Shown: piece after piece, positions 48,686 through 58,596 of the stretch
Numbering within the stretch: the first letter of the stretch is position 1
Layout: each line of letters opens with the position of its first letter
Source: Candidatus Omnitrophota bacterium
GTDB lineage: Bacteria > Omnitrophota > Gorgyraeia > 2-01-FULL-45-10
Assembly (NCBI GenBank): GCA_043798375.1
Contig: JAZDOS010000018.1
Location: 1-62,853 of the forward strand
Reading direction: 5' to 3'
DNA length: 62,853 nt
Position numbers and translations under genes: made by a program
The notes under the pieces: generated by a model
What the model was told of the DNA's origin: nothing
The model's input: only the letters and a program-made list of their open reading frames with translations
Databases searched by the model: none

Positions 48686-49500
48686 TCTTTCAGTCTCGGC
48701 TCCAGAATATCGCGAAGCCCTTCGCCCAGCAGGTTATACGCCAGCACCGTAAGCAAAATAAAAATACCGGGAAATACCGTAAGCCACCAGGCCACGCCCA
48801 GCGTCGATTTACCATCCATCAGAATATTCCCCCAGCTCGGTGTCGGAGGTTGTACCCCTATTCCCAGGAAGCTCAGGGCGGATTCTGTCAGAATCGCCCC
48901 GCCTATTCCGAGCGTCGCGCTCACCAGGACCGGCCCGACAGCGTTCGGTATGAGATGCCTTGTGATAATCCAGGCGTCACCGGCGCCCATGACTTTCGCG
49001 GCCGCGACATAATCGCGCTCTTTCAGCGTAAGTATCTCGGCCCTCACAAGCCGAGCCACGCCCATCCACGACGTCACGCCTATCACGGCCATTATGTTAA
49101 AGATCGAAGGCTCGAGGATCGCTATCACGGCAAGTATCAGGAAAAACATCGGGAAGCACAGCATTATATCGACAAGCCTCATCATGACGGAATCGACCAT
49201 GCCGCCGTAATAGCCGGCGATTGAACCGAAGGCGACGCCGATTAAGACCGCGATACCCACCGCGATAAAACCTATGGAAAGGGATATCCTTGAGCCGTAA
49301 ACTATACGCGAGAAAATATCGCGGCCCAACGGATCGGTTCCCAATATGTGGGTTCTCGAAGGCGCGGCGAGAATATTATCCGTATCGACAGCGGAAGGAT
49401 TATAAGGCGCTATTAAAGGCGCAAAAATGGCAAACACCAGAATTACGGCTATAAAGACAAGTCCTGCGAATGCCAATCTGTTTTTTATCAGCTCTTTCAT
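48682..49500 (-). CDS. Peptide ABC transporter permease (OppC/DppC)
   Basis: LGTD.LGRD, RAE, H.IPN, LSFLG.GVQPP..SWG. Confidence 0.93.
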   Translation of the reverse strand: MKELIKNRLAFAGLVFIAVILVFAIFAPLIAPYNPSAVDTDNILAAPSRTHILGTDPLGRDIFSRIVYGSRISLSIGFIAVGIAVLIGVAFGSIAGYYGGMVDSVMMRLVDIMLCFPMFFLILAVIAILEPSIFNIMAVIGVTSWMGVARLVRAEILTLKERDYVAAAKVMGAGDAWIITRHLIPNAVGPVLVSATLGIGGAILTESALSFLGIGVQPPTPSWGNILMDGKSTLGVAWWLTVFPGIFILLTVLAYNLLGEGLRDILEPRLKE

Positions 49501-50477
49501 GGTTTTTTCGTAACCCTTATGCGCGGGTCGGCATATGAATACGCTGTATCGGCCAGCAGATTTCCCGCCAGTGTCAGGATAGCGCCGATCGAAAGGACTC
49601 CCATTATAGTCGGGTAATCCCTTGCCATGACAGATTCGTAGAAGAGCCTCCCCATCCCGGGGATCGCGAATATCGATTCGAATATGACGCTCCCGCCGAT
49701 AAGCCCCGGTATCGAAAGGCCGAGGATCGTTATCACTGGTAGAAGCGCGTTCTTCAAGGCGTGCTTATAGATCACGTCCTGTTCCTTAAGGCCTTTCGCC
49801 CGCGCTGTACGTATGTAATCCTGGCGAATGACCCCGATCATTGAAGCCCTCGTATATCTGGATATACCGGCAAGGCTTCCGAATGCCGCTATGGAGACTG
49901 GCAGGACGAGATGTTTCGCTACATCCAGAATTTTTCCCGGGAGGCTGTAATATTCAAAATCGAGCGATTTTATCCCGGATACCGGCAGCCACCCTAATTG
50001 GATACCGAACAGGCTCATCAATATGAGCGCGAGCCAGAATTCAGGCACCGAAAATCCGGTAAACGCGAAGATCGTCGTAGCCCTATCCGCGATCGAGCCT
50101 CTTCTTACCGCCGAAATAACGCCGAGAGGTATTCCGATAAATAATATTAAGATTATCGACGAGATATTGATGAGAAGCGTTATCGGGATCCGCTCGGCAA
50201 TTTTGCGCGAAACCGGCCTGTCGTCAATGTAGGACCTTCCGAAATCGAATGTCACAAACCTCGTGAGCCATTCGAAGTACCGGGCGCCCAGCGGCTTATC
50301 CAGGCCGTAGAGCTTATCGAGCCTCGCCCTCGCCTCGAACGAGACCTTCGGGTTAAGGCTCGTCTGGATATCGGTCGGCTTCCCCGGCGCGAGGTGGATC
50401 ACGAAGAATGAGATGAGCGTAATCCCGAGAAATACGGGAACGAGCCCTAATAATCTTTTCGCGATGTAGTTAATCAT
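49497..50477 (-). CDS. Peptide ABC transporter permease (OppB/DppB)
   Basis: [25 protein letters not shown]. Confidence 0.93.
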   Translation of the reverse strand: MINYIAKRLLGLVPVFLGITLISFFVIHLAPGKPTDIQTSLNPKVSFEARARLDKLYGLDKPLGARYFEWLTRFVTFDFGRSYIDDRPVSRKIAERIPITLLINISSIILILFIGIPLGVISAVRRGSIADRATTIFAFTGFSVPEFWLALILMSLFGIQLGWLPVSGIKSLDFEYYSLPGKILDVAKHLVLPVSIAAFGSLAGISRYTRASMIGVIRQDYIRTARAKGLKEQDVIYKHALKNALLPVITILGLSIPGLIGGSVIFESIFAIPGMGRLFYESVMARDYPTIMGVLSIGAILTLAGNLLADTAYSYADPRIRVTKKP

Positions 50478-50494
50478 AATTTCTTATTAAAAAT

Positions 50495-50520
50495 TTTTAA
50501 AAAGAGGTGCCAGGCACCTT
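50495..50520. repeat. Second copy of TTTTAAAAAG-AGGTGCCAGGCACCT
   Basis: Identical to 35961-35986. Confidence 0.75.
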
Positions 50521-50523
50521 TGT

Positions 50524-52122
50524 TTACCTGTATCTTTGTTCGTTCTTCGGGACGTACCACTTGATGAAATTATATCCGATTCCTATCGGCGAAACCTCAA
50601 CGTTGCGGAACCTCTTATTAACGACAGGTAATATCTCCGCCGAATATAGGAACAGGTACGGCTGGTCGTCGTAGATGAGCTTATGAATTTTATGATAGAT
50701 CCTTGCGCGCGCGCGTTCGTCAAATGTCCGGCGCCCTTCTTCGAGGAGCCTGTCGACTTCTTTATTATTATATCCGATGAAATTGAACTCCCCCTCGCGG
50801 GTCTTTGAAGAATACCAAATATCAAAACAATCCGGGTCGCGGCCCAGGAACCATCCCATCAGAACGGCTTCAAACCGTTTCTTGTTTATGAATTCGTTAA
50901 TAAGGGCGCTCCATTCCAGCACCCTTATCTTCATATTTATGCCGATGGCCCTGAGATAGCCCTGGATAAGTTCGGCGCATCTCAGGCGCTCGACGCTGCC
51001 CTGGTTTACAAGAACGGTGAACTCGAAAATTCTACCGTCTTTTTCGATGAGGCCGTCGCTGTTGGAATCGATCCAACCCGCACGAGCCAATAACTTTTTC
51101 GCCGCTTCAGGATCATAGGAAACCGGCTTTACTTCCTTATTATAAGCCCACGAATCCATCATGAAGGGCCCGGTCGTCACTCTCGCGAGCCCGAAGAACA
51201 GGGCCTGGACGATCTCGTCCTTGTTTACGGCGTAATTTATAGCCCGCCTTACCCTTAAATCCTGAAACTTCGGATCATGGAGGTTGTAAGCCATATATGT
51301 ATAGCCGAAGCTCGGGTAGCGAAATTTTCGGTAATGCGTTTTGAAAAAATTGCTGCCGGTCTGCCTTGTAAATTGTAACGGGCTTAAAAGCGACAAGTCG
51401 ATGCCCTGAGTCTCCAGTTCCAGAAATATCGTCGCATCGTCCGGGATGATCCGGTATATGTAACGGTCGATATAAGGACGCCCCTCAAAATATTCGCGGT
51501 TCGAGGCGAGCTCTACCTTCTCTCCGGTCTTCCATGATCTGAATTTGTAAGGGCCGGTTCCTATCGGATTGCGGCCGAACTGCGTTTTATTCAGGTCGAC
51601 TTTCCCCAGCAGATGTTCGGGCATTATCGGCATGCCCCAGCTGGACAAAGCCGGTGAAAACGGCTTCTTATACGTTACCCTTACGGTATAATCGTCTACA
51701 ACCTCGAGTGATTTTATCCTTTCGAAATCGCCGCTGTACGGCGTCTTCACGTCCGGATCGATCAGTTTTTTATAGGTAAATTCCACATCGCGGGCTGTAA
51801 ATGGGGCGCCGTCGTGCCATTTAACATTTTTTCTCAAACGAAATACTATTACAAGGCCGCCTTCAAGGATATCCCAGCTTTGGGCGAGGTCCCCGACAAT
51901 TTTTATATCCTTGTCATATTTGACCAGGCCGTTAAAAACCATCCCGCAGATATCGCTCGAGGCGCTGTCGGAGGCAAGTATCGGAACGAGCGTCCTGGCG
52001 TCGGATATCGAGCTTACAACGATTGCGTCTCCGTAGGACGGCTCGTCCGCAGCGTTAACGAAAACAGCCGTAAACAAAAATACCGCTGAAATTATCAGCG
52101 GTATTTTTCTTAGTGTGTCCAT
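50524..52122 (-). CDS. Peptide ABC transporter substrate-binding protein (family 5)
   Basis: Signal peptide, GDLA.SW, KWHDG..FTA.DV, PIGTGPY. Confidence 0.93.
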   Translation of the reverse strand: MDTLRKIPLIISAVFLFTAVFVNAADEPSYGDAIVVSSISDARTLVPILASDSASSDICGMVFNGLVKYDKDIKIVGDLAQSWDILEGGLVIVFRLRKNVKWHDGAPFTARDVEFTYKKLIDPDVKTPYSGDFERIKSLEVVDDYTVRVTYKKPFSPALSSWGMPIMPEHLLGKVDLNKTQFGRNPIGTGPYKFRSWKTGEKVELASNREYFEGRPYIDRYIYRIIPDDATIFLELETQGIDLSLLSPLQFTRQTGSNFFKTHYRKFRYPSFGYTYMAYNLHDPKFQDLRVRRAINYAVNKDEIVQALFFGLARVTTGPFMMDSWAYNKEVKPVSYDPEAAKKLLARAGWIDSNSDGLIEKDGRIFEFTVLVNQGSVERLRCAELIQGYLRAIGINMKIRVLEWSALINEFINKKRFEAVLMGWFLGRDPDCFDIWYSSKTREGEFNFIGYNNKEVDRLLEEGRRTFDERARARIYHKIHKLIYDDQPYLFLYSAEILPVVNKRFRNVEVSPIGIGYNFIKWYVPKNEQRYR

Positions 52123-52129
52123 TTTTCTT

Positions 52130-52456
52130 CTAAAAATCCATCGGCTCGTCCGCGAACGGCATCGGAGCGCCCGTGCCCTGACTAATCGGCGCGGCCATCT
52201 TGCCCTGCGAGACGAGCGACCTTCCCCTGTGGCTCGTCAATACGGCAAGCGTAAGGCAGGTGAATATATAGATAACCGCGGACGCGGCCGTTGCGCGCTT
52301 CAGGAATACAGAAGTCTTTGTGCCGAGGATCGTCTGGGTGGAGCTGCCGCCGAAAGTTTCGCTTAAGCCGCCGCCCCGCCCTGCCTGCAGAAGAATAACG
52401 GCGATCAACATCAGGGAAGCGATAACGTGTATCGCGATAACCAATCCGTATAACAT
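52130..52456 (-). CDS. secG: Preprotein translocase subunit SecG
   Basis: LLQAGRGGGL...FGG; two TM helices; follows tpiA. Confidence 0.9.
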   Translation of the reverse strand: MLYGLVIAIHVIASLMLIAVILLQAGRGGGLSETFGGSSTQTILGTKTSVFLKRATAASAVIYIFTCLTLAVLTSHRGRSLVSQGKMAAPISQGTGAPMPFADEPMDF

Positions 52457-52537
52457 ATCATTCACCTCATTTTTAGCATCCAGCCGACCACGCAGGTCAT
52501 ATCGAGTCAATCTACCGGCAGACCTGCGCGGTCATTT

Positions 52538-53296
52538 CTAGGTTAAACAATTTTTGATTATGCCGGTAAATGAATCCGCCTTTAAGCTCGCGCCTCCGAC
52601 CAGGGCGCCGTCGACATCCGGCTGCGTGATCAGCTCTTTGATATTTTCAGGCTTGACGCTGCCGCCATACTGAATCCTTACCTCGTTCGCAACGTCTTTA
52701 CCGTACATCCCGGCCAAAAGGCCTCTTATATATTTATGGACCTCTTCGGCCTCGTCTTTGGTCGCGTTAACGCCCGTACCTATCGCCCAGACGGGCTCAT
52801 AGGCAATAACGGCCTTTAACATCTCGTCTTTCGTGAGGCCTGCGAGCGAATTCTCGACATGGTCCCTGACAACATCGAAAGTTTTACCCGCTTTCCTCTG
52901 GTCCAGCTTCTCGCCGACGCAGACGATAGGATTAATGCCTTCTTTGAGAAGCGCCTTTGCCTTCTTGTTTACAGTCTCGTTAGTCTCATGAAAAAACTGC
53001 CTTCTTTCCGAATGGCCCACTATGCAATAAACGCATCCCACATTCTTAAGCATGGACGCGGAAATCTCGCCGGTAAAAGCGCCTTCCTTCTCCCAATAAC
53101 AATCCTGGGCGCCTAGCCTGATATTCGTATCCATTATCACTTCCTTTACATCACTCAAAGAAGTAAACGGCGGGCACAATACTATCTCTATCTCGACGAT
53201 ATCGGCCAGCGACCTCTTCAAAGAGTTCGCCAGCTCTATCGACTCCGAGATGTTCTTATTCATCTTCCAGTTGCCTGCGATTATCACTTGTCTCAT
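52538..53296 (-). CDS. tpiA: Triosephosphate isomerase
   Basis: AGNWKM, GHSERR, AYEPVWAIGTG, YGGSV, LVGGASL. Confidence 0.98.
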   Translation of the reverse strand: MRQVIIAGNWKMNKNISESIELANSLKRSLADIVEIEIVLCPPFTSLSDVKEVIMDTNIRLGAQDCYWEKEGAFTGEISASMLKNVGCVYCIVGHSERRQFFHETNETVNKKAKALLKEGINPIVCVGEKLDQRKAGKTFDVVRDHVENSLAGLTKDEMLKAVIAYEPVWAIGTGVNATKDEAEEVHKYIRGLLAGMYGKDVANEVRIQYGGSVKPENIKELITQPDVDGALVGGASLKADSFTGIIKNCLT

Positions 53297-53308
53297 AATA
53301 CCTGCCTT

Positions 53309-53337
53309 TCTAACCTGGTTAGATCTGTCAGGTTAGA
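53309..53337. repeat. TCTAACCTGGTTAGA palindrome plus half copy
   Basis: TCTAACCTGGTTAGA-TCTGT-CAGGTTAGA. Confidence 0.8.
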
Positions 53338-53342
53338 AAAGA

Positions 53343-54557
53343 TTATTTCGGTTTTCCGCAACAACAAGAGGTTGACTTATCGTTCAACGCGTCGATCCCC
53401 GGCAGGCCTCTGCCCTCGAGATACTCGAGCGATGCGCCGCCGCCCGTCGAGATATGCGTCATCTTATCGTCGACCTTGAATTTCAGCATCGCGGCCGCGG
53501 TATCTCCGCCGCCGATTATAGAAGTAACGCCTTTAAGGCCCGCGATGAACTTCGCGATTCCCTCGGTGCCTTTGGCGAACTTATCCATCTCGAACACACC
53601 GAGAGGGCCGTTCCATACGATCGTCTTTGCCGTCTTCAGCTTATCCTCGAACAGTTTAATCGTCTCCGGCCCGATATCAAGCCCCATCCATCCGTCAGGA
53701 ATATCTTCGCCGACCAATTTTGTGTTCGCGTCAGCGCCGAACTTATCACCTATAACATTATCAACGGGTAATAGAATCAGTATATTCTTCTTCGCGGCCT
53801 TATCCAAAGCGGCCTTCGCCGTATCAAAACCGTCTTTATCGAGTTTCGACGAGCCGATCGTCTTACCCTGAACCTTCAAAAAAGTGTACGCCATGCCGCC
53901 GCCGATTAACAGCGCGTCGACCTTATTCAGCAGGTTATCGATCACCTTTATCTTGTCTTTAACTTTCGCGCCGCCGAGAATAGCCACAAATGGCTTCTTT
54001 GGATTATCAACGGTGTTTCCAAGGTATTGGATCTCTTTTTCGAGCAGGAATCCGGCAACTGACGGCAGGTAATGCGTTACGCCTTCGGTCGAGGCGTGGG
54101 CCCTGTGCGCGGTGCCGAACGCGTCATTTACAAAAACATCGCCGAGAGACGCGAGTTCTTTCGCAAAGGCGGCGTCGTTCTTCTCCTCTTCGGCATGAAA
54201 CCTCAGATTCTCGAGCAAAACCACATCCCCCGGTTTCATCGCCGCCACGGCCTTTAAGACGTCATCGCCGATGCACTCTTTGAGGGCGGTAACAGGCTTA
54301 CCGAGCAGTTTCCGAAGCCGGGCGCCGCACGGCGCCAGTCTCAATTTGTCATTGACCTTGCCGTCCGGCCTGCCGAGATGGCTCATCAGGATAACCCTGG
54401 CGCCTTTATCGACAGCGTATTTAATGGTCGGCAGGGCCGCCCTTATCCTTATATCATCGGTTATATTAAGATTTTCATCCAAGGGGACGTTGAAATCGAC
54501 CCTCATTAAAACACGTTTTCCCTTTAAATCGACATCGGAAATAGCCTTTTTAGGCAT
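53343..54557 (-). CDS. pgk: Phosphoglycerate kinase
   Basis: [37 protein letters not shown]. Confidence 0.98.
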   Translation of the reverse strand: MPKKAISDVDLKGKRVLMRVDFNVPLDENLNITDDIRIRAALPTIKYAVDKGARVILMSHLGRPDGKVNDKLRLAPCGARLRKLLGKPVTALKECIGDDVLKAVAAMKPGDVVLLENLRFHAEEEKNDAAFAKELASLGDVFVNDAFGTAHRAHASTEGVTHYLPSVAGFLLEKEIQYLGNTVDNPKKPFVAILGGAKVKDKIKVIDNLLNKVDALLIGGGMAYTFLKVQGKTIGSSKLDKDGFDTAKAALDKAAKKNILILLPVDNVIGDKFGADANTKLVGEDIPDGWMGLDIGPETIKLFEDKLKTAKTIVWNGPLGVFEMDKFAKGTEGIAKFIAGLKGVTSIIGGGDTAAAMLKFKVDDKMTHISTGGGASLEYLEGRGLPGIDALNDKSTSCCCGKPK

Positions 54558-54686
54558 GTTCACTCCCTCTAAAATCCGCCGAAGCATCCCCTCAATTACG
54601 CATTGATTGCGAAGGCGGAAGGAATATTGATTATAATCGGCTCGAGGGGGGGTTGTCAATGATTTTCGTAAGGATTGTCGTAAGGA

Positions 54687-55334
54687 TTATTTAAAGATAA
54701 ATCCGGTTTGGAGGGACCAGAAGAGAAGGTCGAGCTCTTCCATGGGAATGTTGATAATTTTCGAGAATTCCTTCATCTTATTTTCGATATCGATATAGGC
54801 TTTCTTGGGCCCTACCGAATCCGGCACTCTGCCGATGACGCCGTAACGCTTCAAGTTCTTCAGGATATGCCTGTCAAGTATCGCCATGTCTTTGCCGAGG
54901 CCTATATTGCGCAGGAAATGGCTCGCTTCCTTATAACCGAATCCTTTAATATTCTCGACAAGCCAGTCCCTCGTAGCTAATATATTTTTCTTGTCGAGGC
55001 TGTTCTTTATATCGATAGACCTCCCCCGTTTGAAAAGATCCCTTGCTCCAATTATATAATCGGCCTTCTTATTGTGGAATCTCGTCCTGCCGCGCAATAC
55101 CGGCCTCAACTGGCGCGGCATACCTTTTAACAGAAGCCCCAGCCTGGCCAGCTCTTTGACCGCTTCATCGCATCGCATGGCATTGGCGTTCGCGGTCAAT
55201 ATGCAGAATGAAAGCTCCCGAAATATATCCTCGTCCCTGCCTTTATGGAGGCACGCGAATTCTTTCAATCTTTTCCTGATTTCATGTTTTCGGTTTTTAT
55301 ATTCCGAAACCAGTTCTTTCAGGGCGCGGGTCAT
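54687..55334 (-). CDS. ogg: 8-oxoguanine DNA N-glycosylase/AP lyase (archaeal/Thermotoga-type Ogg)
   Basis: ELSFCILTAN, RF.N.KA, KGFGYKEASHFLRN, AILDRH, LDLLFW. Confidence 0.88.
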   Translation of the reverse strand: MTRALKELVSEYKNRKHEIRKRLKEFACLHKGRDEDIFRELSFCILTANANAMRCDEAVKELARLGLLLKGMPRQLRPVLRGRTRFHNKKADYIIGARDLFKRGRSIDIKNSLDKKNILATRDWLVENIKGFGYKEASHFLRNIGLGKDMAILDRHILKNLKRYGVIGRVPDSVGPKKAYIDIENKMKEFSKIINIPMEELDLLFWSLQTGFIFK

Positions 55335-56233
55335 CGCTTCTGGTTCAGGTACTTGAACGCGGCAAGCGCGGCCTTGGAGCCTTCGCCGGCCGCTATCACG
55401 ATCTGTTTTTCCGGAACATCGGTAACGTCGCCTGCCGCGAATATGCCGGGGACGTTCGTTTCGTTGCGGGTATTAATCTTTATCTCGCCGTAACTATTCT
55501 TCTCGAGGTCTTTGGCGAATTTCGAATTCGGTATAAGCCCTATCTCCACGAACACGCCCTCTACGGCGATCGATTCTTCTTTTCCGTCCCTTTTACATTT
55601 GATCCCCGTCACCATCTTATCGCCCGATATCGCCGTGACTTTTGAATTGTTCATAACGGTAACGACGCCGGATTTCTCGACCTTCTCGCGCAGGACGGCG
55701 TCACCGCCTATCGAGGGGTTTACATTGATGAGGTAGACGTGCTTCGCGATCCTGATCATCTGAAGGCACGCGTCAAGGGCCGAATTTCCTCCTCCGATGA
55801 CCGCAACGTCTTTCCCGGCAAATAGCGGCCCGTCGCATGTCGCGCAGTATGTAAGCCCCCTGTGTTTAAACTCTTTCTCTCCCGGCACATTCAATTCTTT
55901 CGATAGCTTTCCCGAGGCTATGATAGCAGCCCTGGATTCGTATTCGCCCTTATTCGTCCTGACTTTTACGGCGTCACCGATTTTTTTAACCTCTTCCGCG
56001 TCCTCGTCTTCTCTTATGGTGATATTGTATCTATGCATGTGCTCTTCAAACTTGGCCGTGAGATCGGGGCCTGTGATGAACTGGTAGCCGGTGTAATTTT
56101 CTATGTCACCGCTCCAGGCCGCCTGGCCGCCTACATCGAGGGTTATCACGAGAAAGTTGAGTTTTTTACGCGCCGCGTAAACGGCGGCGGTTATTCCCGC
56201 CGGGCCGGCGCCTATTATTATAAGATCATACAT
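55331..56233 (-). CDS. trxB: Thioredoxin-disulfide reductase family protein
   Basis: GAGPAG, CATCDG, VIGGGNSA, FAAGD. Confidence 0.9.
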   Translation of the reverse strand: MYDLIIIGAGPAGITAAVYAARKKLNFLVITLDVGGQAAWSGDIENYTGYQFITGPDLTAKFEEHMHRYNITIREDEDAEEVKKIGDAVKVRTNKGEYESRAAIIASGKLSKELNVPGEKEFKHRGLTYCATCDGPLFAGKDVAVIGGGNSALDACLQMIRIAKHVYLINVNPSIGGDAVLREKVEKSGVVTVMNNSKVTAISGDKMVTGIKCKRDGKEESIAVEGVFVEIGLIPNSKFAKDLEKNSYGEIKINTRNETNVPGIFAAGDVTDVPEKQIVIAAGEGSKAALAAFKYLNQKR

Positions 56234-56236
56234 ATT

Positions 56237-56274
56237 CGTCGTTCGTCTTCCGTCGTTCGTCTTCCGTCGTTCGT
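56237..56274. repeat. Heptamer array (cgtcgtt/cgtcttc)
   Basis: The 14-bp unit is repeated about 2.7 times between grx and trxB. Confidence 0.8.
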
Positions 56275-56275
56275 A

Positions 56276-56512
56276 TTATATTCCGAGGGCTTCCTTAATC
56301 TTCTCCTTGTCGAACCCGACGATAATTCCGCCGTCGATTTCGATCACGGGCACGCCCATTTGTCCCGACTTCTTTATCATCTCCTGGGCCTTATCCTGAT
56401 TTTCGGAAACATCGATATCTTCGAACTGAATAAAATTATCCTTCAGGAACTGCTTCACCCTTACGCAGAACGGGCATGTCGATGTGCTGTAGACTGTAAT
56501 CTTTTTCGCCAT
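56276..56512 (-). CDS. Glutaredoxin-like (NrdH/YruB) protein
   Basis: CPFC, GQMGVPV, IVGFD. Confidence 0.92.
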   Translation of the reverse strand: MAKKITVYSTSTCPFCVRVKQFLKDNFIQFEDIDVSENQDKAQEMIKKSGQMGVPVIEIDGGIIVGFDKEKIKEALGI

Positions 56513-56517
56513 AATGA

Positions 56518-56592
56518 CCTCCGATTTGCTGTTGTTTGCCCGTGGGCAAATCGTCCCGAGCGCCTGTCATCCTCTTCAGGGCGCGAGGGACT
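56518..56592 (-). promoter_or_regulatory. Structured leader motif, copy A (before glutaredoxin)
   Basis: Aligns with 58597-58671 with compensatory changes; ends in CGGAGG. Confidence 0.65.
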
Positions 56593-57235
56593 ACCTTATT
56601 ATCTTTTTCAGCTCCAAAAGATCATCTATTACGTAATCCGGCCGAAGCGGCCGGACATCTTCGGCCTTGCCGAGCCCGTGCGTGACCCAGCACGTCTTTA
56701 TCCCGGAATTTTTTCCCGCCATTATATCTACGTCCATATCGCCGACGATTAGCGCGCTTGCCCTTTCAATATTGAGCTTCGGCATGAACCTGTCGAAAAC
56801 GCAAGCCATCGGCTTGAGGCAGCCCTCATCGTCTCCGCCGATGATATCCTCAAAATATTTCGCTATGCCGAGCTCTTTCAAAACCGCGGCGGCAAAAACC
56901 GCGTACCTGTTCGTAAGTATGAATTTTCGCTTCTTACTGAAATACTCGAGGACCTCCACAACGTTCGGGTAGAGTTTTGCGCGGTCGGCGGGATGTTTTA
57001 AATAGTATTCGCCGTAAATCCTTACTCCTTCTCCGACAAGTTTCGCGTCCCGCGTCCCCATGCTCTTCGCCACCAGATCGCTTACGCCGGTTCCTATATA
57101 CGATACGATGTCGGCAAAAGGTTTTTCGTCATATCCGAGCCTGGCGAGGGTATGGTTCATGGCATTTACGATATCGGCCCTGGCGTCGATAAGCGTGCCG
57201 TCGAGGTCGAATAACAGCGTATCCGCGGCTATCAT
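56591..57235 (-). CDS. HAD phosphatase (phosphoglycolate phosphatase-like)
   Basis: FDLDGTL.D, LTN, KP, VGD...DI.AG. Confidence 0.9.
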   Translation of the reverse strand: MIAADTLLFDLDGTLIDARADIVNAMNHTLARLGYDEKPFADIVSYIGTGVSDLVAKSMGTRDAKLVGEGVRIYGEYYLKHPADRAKLYPNVVEVLEYFSKKRKFILTNRYAVFAAAVLKELGIAKYFEDIIGGDDEGCLKPMACVFDRFMPKLNIERASALIVGDMDVDIMAGKNSGIKTCWVTHGLGKAEDVRPLRPDYVIDDLLELKKIIR

Positions 57236-57631
57236 CTATGCGGCTTCTATCCGCCGCGAATTCTGCCATAGGCCGTGAATATTGCAGTATGAGGAGGCAA
57301 GAATCGCGCCCGGCTTGTCTGTCTTAAAAGTTACGGACGTTTCCGGATGGGTGAATACTCCGCTTGTATCCGGGCCCTGGGCCGATTCGCCGTGCGAAGT
57401 AAATTCCACCCTCGCTATCTGGTAAGGGAATTTTTCGCCGTCCGGAAGAAAAAACGCCGCGATCCACCTGATGTGGTGCGCCGTCGTGTTGGGATGCGCC
57501 ACCTCTTTGCCCACGGTCAGCGTGATCCTGAAAAATTCGCCTTTTTTCACGCTGTCGGGCGCATCACACACCGGAACGTGCTTCTCGGTCTTCCAATCCG
57601 CTGATTGCAGCAGGTCTTTAAGCTCTGCCAT
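57236..57631 (-). CDS. Class II superoxide reductase (neelaredoxin)
   Basis: EKHVP, HP...HHI.WI, YCNIHGLW. Confidence 0.92.
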   Translation of the reverse strand: MAELKDLLQSADWKTEKHVPVCDAPDSVKKGEFFRITLTVGKEVAHPNTTAHHIRWIAAFFLPDGEKFPYQIARVEFTSHGESAQGPDTSGVFTHPETSVTFKTDKPGAILASSYCNIHGLWQNSRRIEAA

Positions 57632-57647
57632 AGCGCTCCTCCTGTTT

Positions 57648-57662
57648 TCTAACCAGGTTAGA
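57648..57662. repeat. TCTAACCAGGTTAGA palindrome
   Basis: Exact copy. Confidence 0.8.
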
Positions 57663-57671
57663 AATAACTTA

Positions 57672-58190
57672 TTATATTCCCTTCTCTCCTCTTATAAAAG
57701 TCGGTGCCGCTCTCGGCGTAGTCCCCTTCTTTACAAGATGATAATATTCATAGGTCATCGGCTTACCCGGTTTTATCATCCCGGATTCTGTCATTTCTCC
57801 GAAAAATACGGTATGAGTCCCGCAATCGAGCTTACCCGTAACCTTGGCCTCAAGGTAACAGATAGAATTATCCAGAATTACCGGACAGCCGGACCCGAGT
57901 TTTTTGAAATTAACACCTTTAAACTTGTCTTCATTCCTGCCCGTCTTAAATCCGAACTTTCCGATAAAAGGAAGCGCCGTCTCCTCGCTGAGGACCGATG
58001 CCGTAAAATGGCCGCCGGCCTCTATGTATTCATGGGTCAGGTTCTTCTTGTTTATGCTGACGGCGATGGTTACAGGCTCGCTTGTTATCTGAAAGACCGT
58101 ATTCGCGATCTGGGCGTTCAAAGCGCCGTCTTTATCGGAGGAGACGATATACATTCCATAGCTCAAATTGTGTAAAATGCTCAGGTCCAT
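57672..58190 (-). CDS. Flavin reductase-like (FMN-binding) protein
   Basis: LSYGMYIV, N..FQIT..P, GFKTGR..DK, GTH..F.G. Confidence 0.88.
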   Translation of the reverse strand: MDLSILHNLSYGMYIVSSDKDGALNAQIANTVFQITSEPVTIAVSINKKNLTHEYIEAGGHFTASVLSEETALPFIGKFGFKTGRNEDKFKGVNFKKLGSGCPVILDNSICYLEAKVTGKLDCGTHTVFFGEMTESGMIKPGKPMTYEYYHLVKKGTTPRAAPTFIRGEKGI

Positions 58191-58202
58191 CGCAGCGCGC
58201 GC

Positions 58203-58388
58203 CTAACTGACAGTTATCACTGTCACCGGACATTCATCCGCAGCCTTCTTACAGCATTCTTCAGCGCCTTTCGGAACCACAGATGCAATAACTACCGCCT
58301 TATCGTCTTTCATCTCAAAAACTTCCGGACAGGTAGAAACGCACAACCCGCATCCTATGCAAGTATCCGCATCAATTTTCGCTTTCAA
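58203..58388 (-). CDS. Monocluster ferredoxin
   Basis: CIGCGLC...CP, CPV. Non-ATG start after the GGGAAGGAG RBS. Confidence 0.9.
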   Translation of the reverse strand: MKAKIDADTCIGCGLCVSTCPEVFEMKDDKAVVIASVVPKGAEECCKKAADECPVTVITVS

Positions 58389-58408
58389 ATTTCTTCTCCT
58401 TCCCTTTT

Positions 58409-58437
58409 TCTAACCTGGTTATTCTAACCAGGTTAGA
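58409..58437. repeat. Tandem TCTAACCWGGTTA(GA) palindromes
   Basis: 58409-58421 and 58423-58437; the second contains the rubredoxin stop. Confidence 0.8.
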
Positions 58438-58591
58438 TTTTCTCGAACTCGCTCTTCGGAGCGCCGCACTCCGGGCAGACCCAATCCGCCGGAATGTTCT
58501 CGAAAGGCGTGCCTGCCTTCACCCCGTTATCCGGATCGCCTACAGCCGGATCGTAGATATAGCCGCAGACCAGACATTTATACTTATCCAT
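58433..58591 (-). CDS. Rubredoxin
   Basis: C..CGY.YDP..GDP..G, W.CP.CG; start MDKYKC after GGAGG. Confidence 0.95.
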   Translation of the reverse strand: MDKYKCLVCGYIYDPAVGDPDNGVKAGTPFENIPADWVCPECGAPKSEFEKI

Positions 58592-58596
58592 GCAAG

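Noticed and set aside
54558-54659. N-terminal extensions given by the ORF track (pgk, also M16, manC, pmm, secG, GNAT, rubredoxin, ORF6N, ATPases)
   Set aside because: Downstream starts match the family N-termini and RBSs, and the extensions overlap promoters or repeats.
56518-56592. GGGCAAAC and GGGACG words suggesting a c-di-GMP-I riboswitch
   Set aside because: The words are in the wrong order, there is no GNRA/receptor pair, and copy B lacks GGCAAA. Kept instead as an unknown motif.
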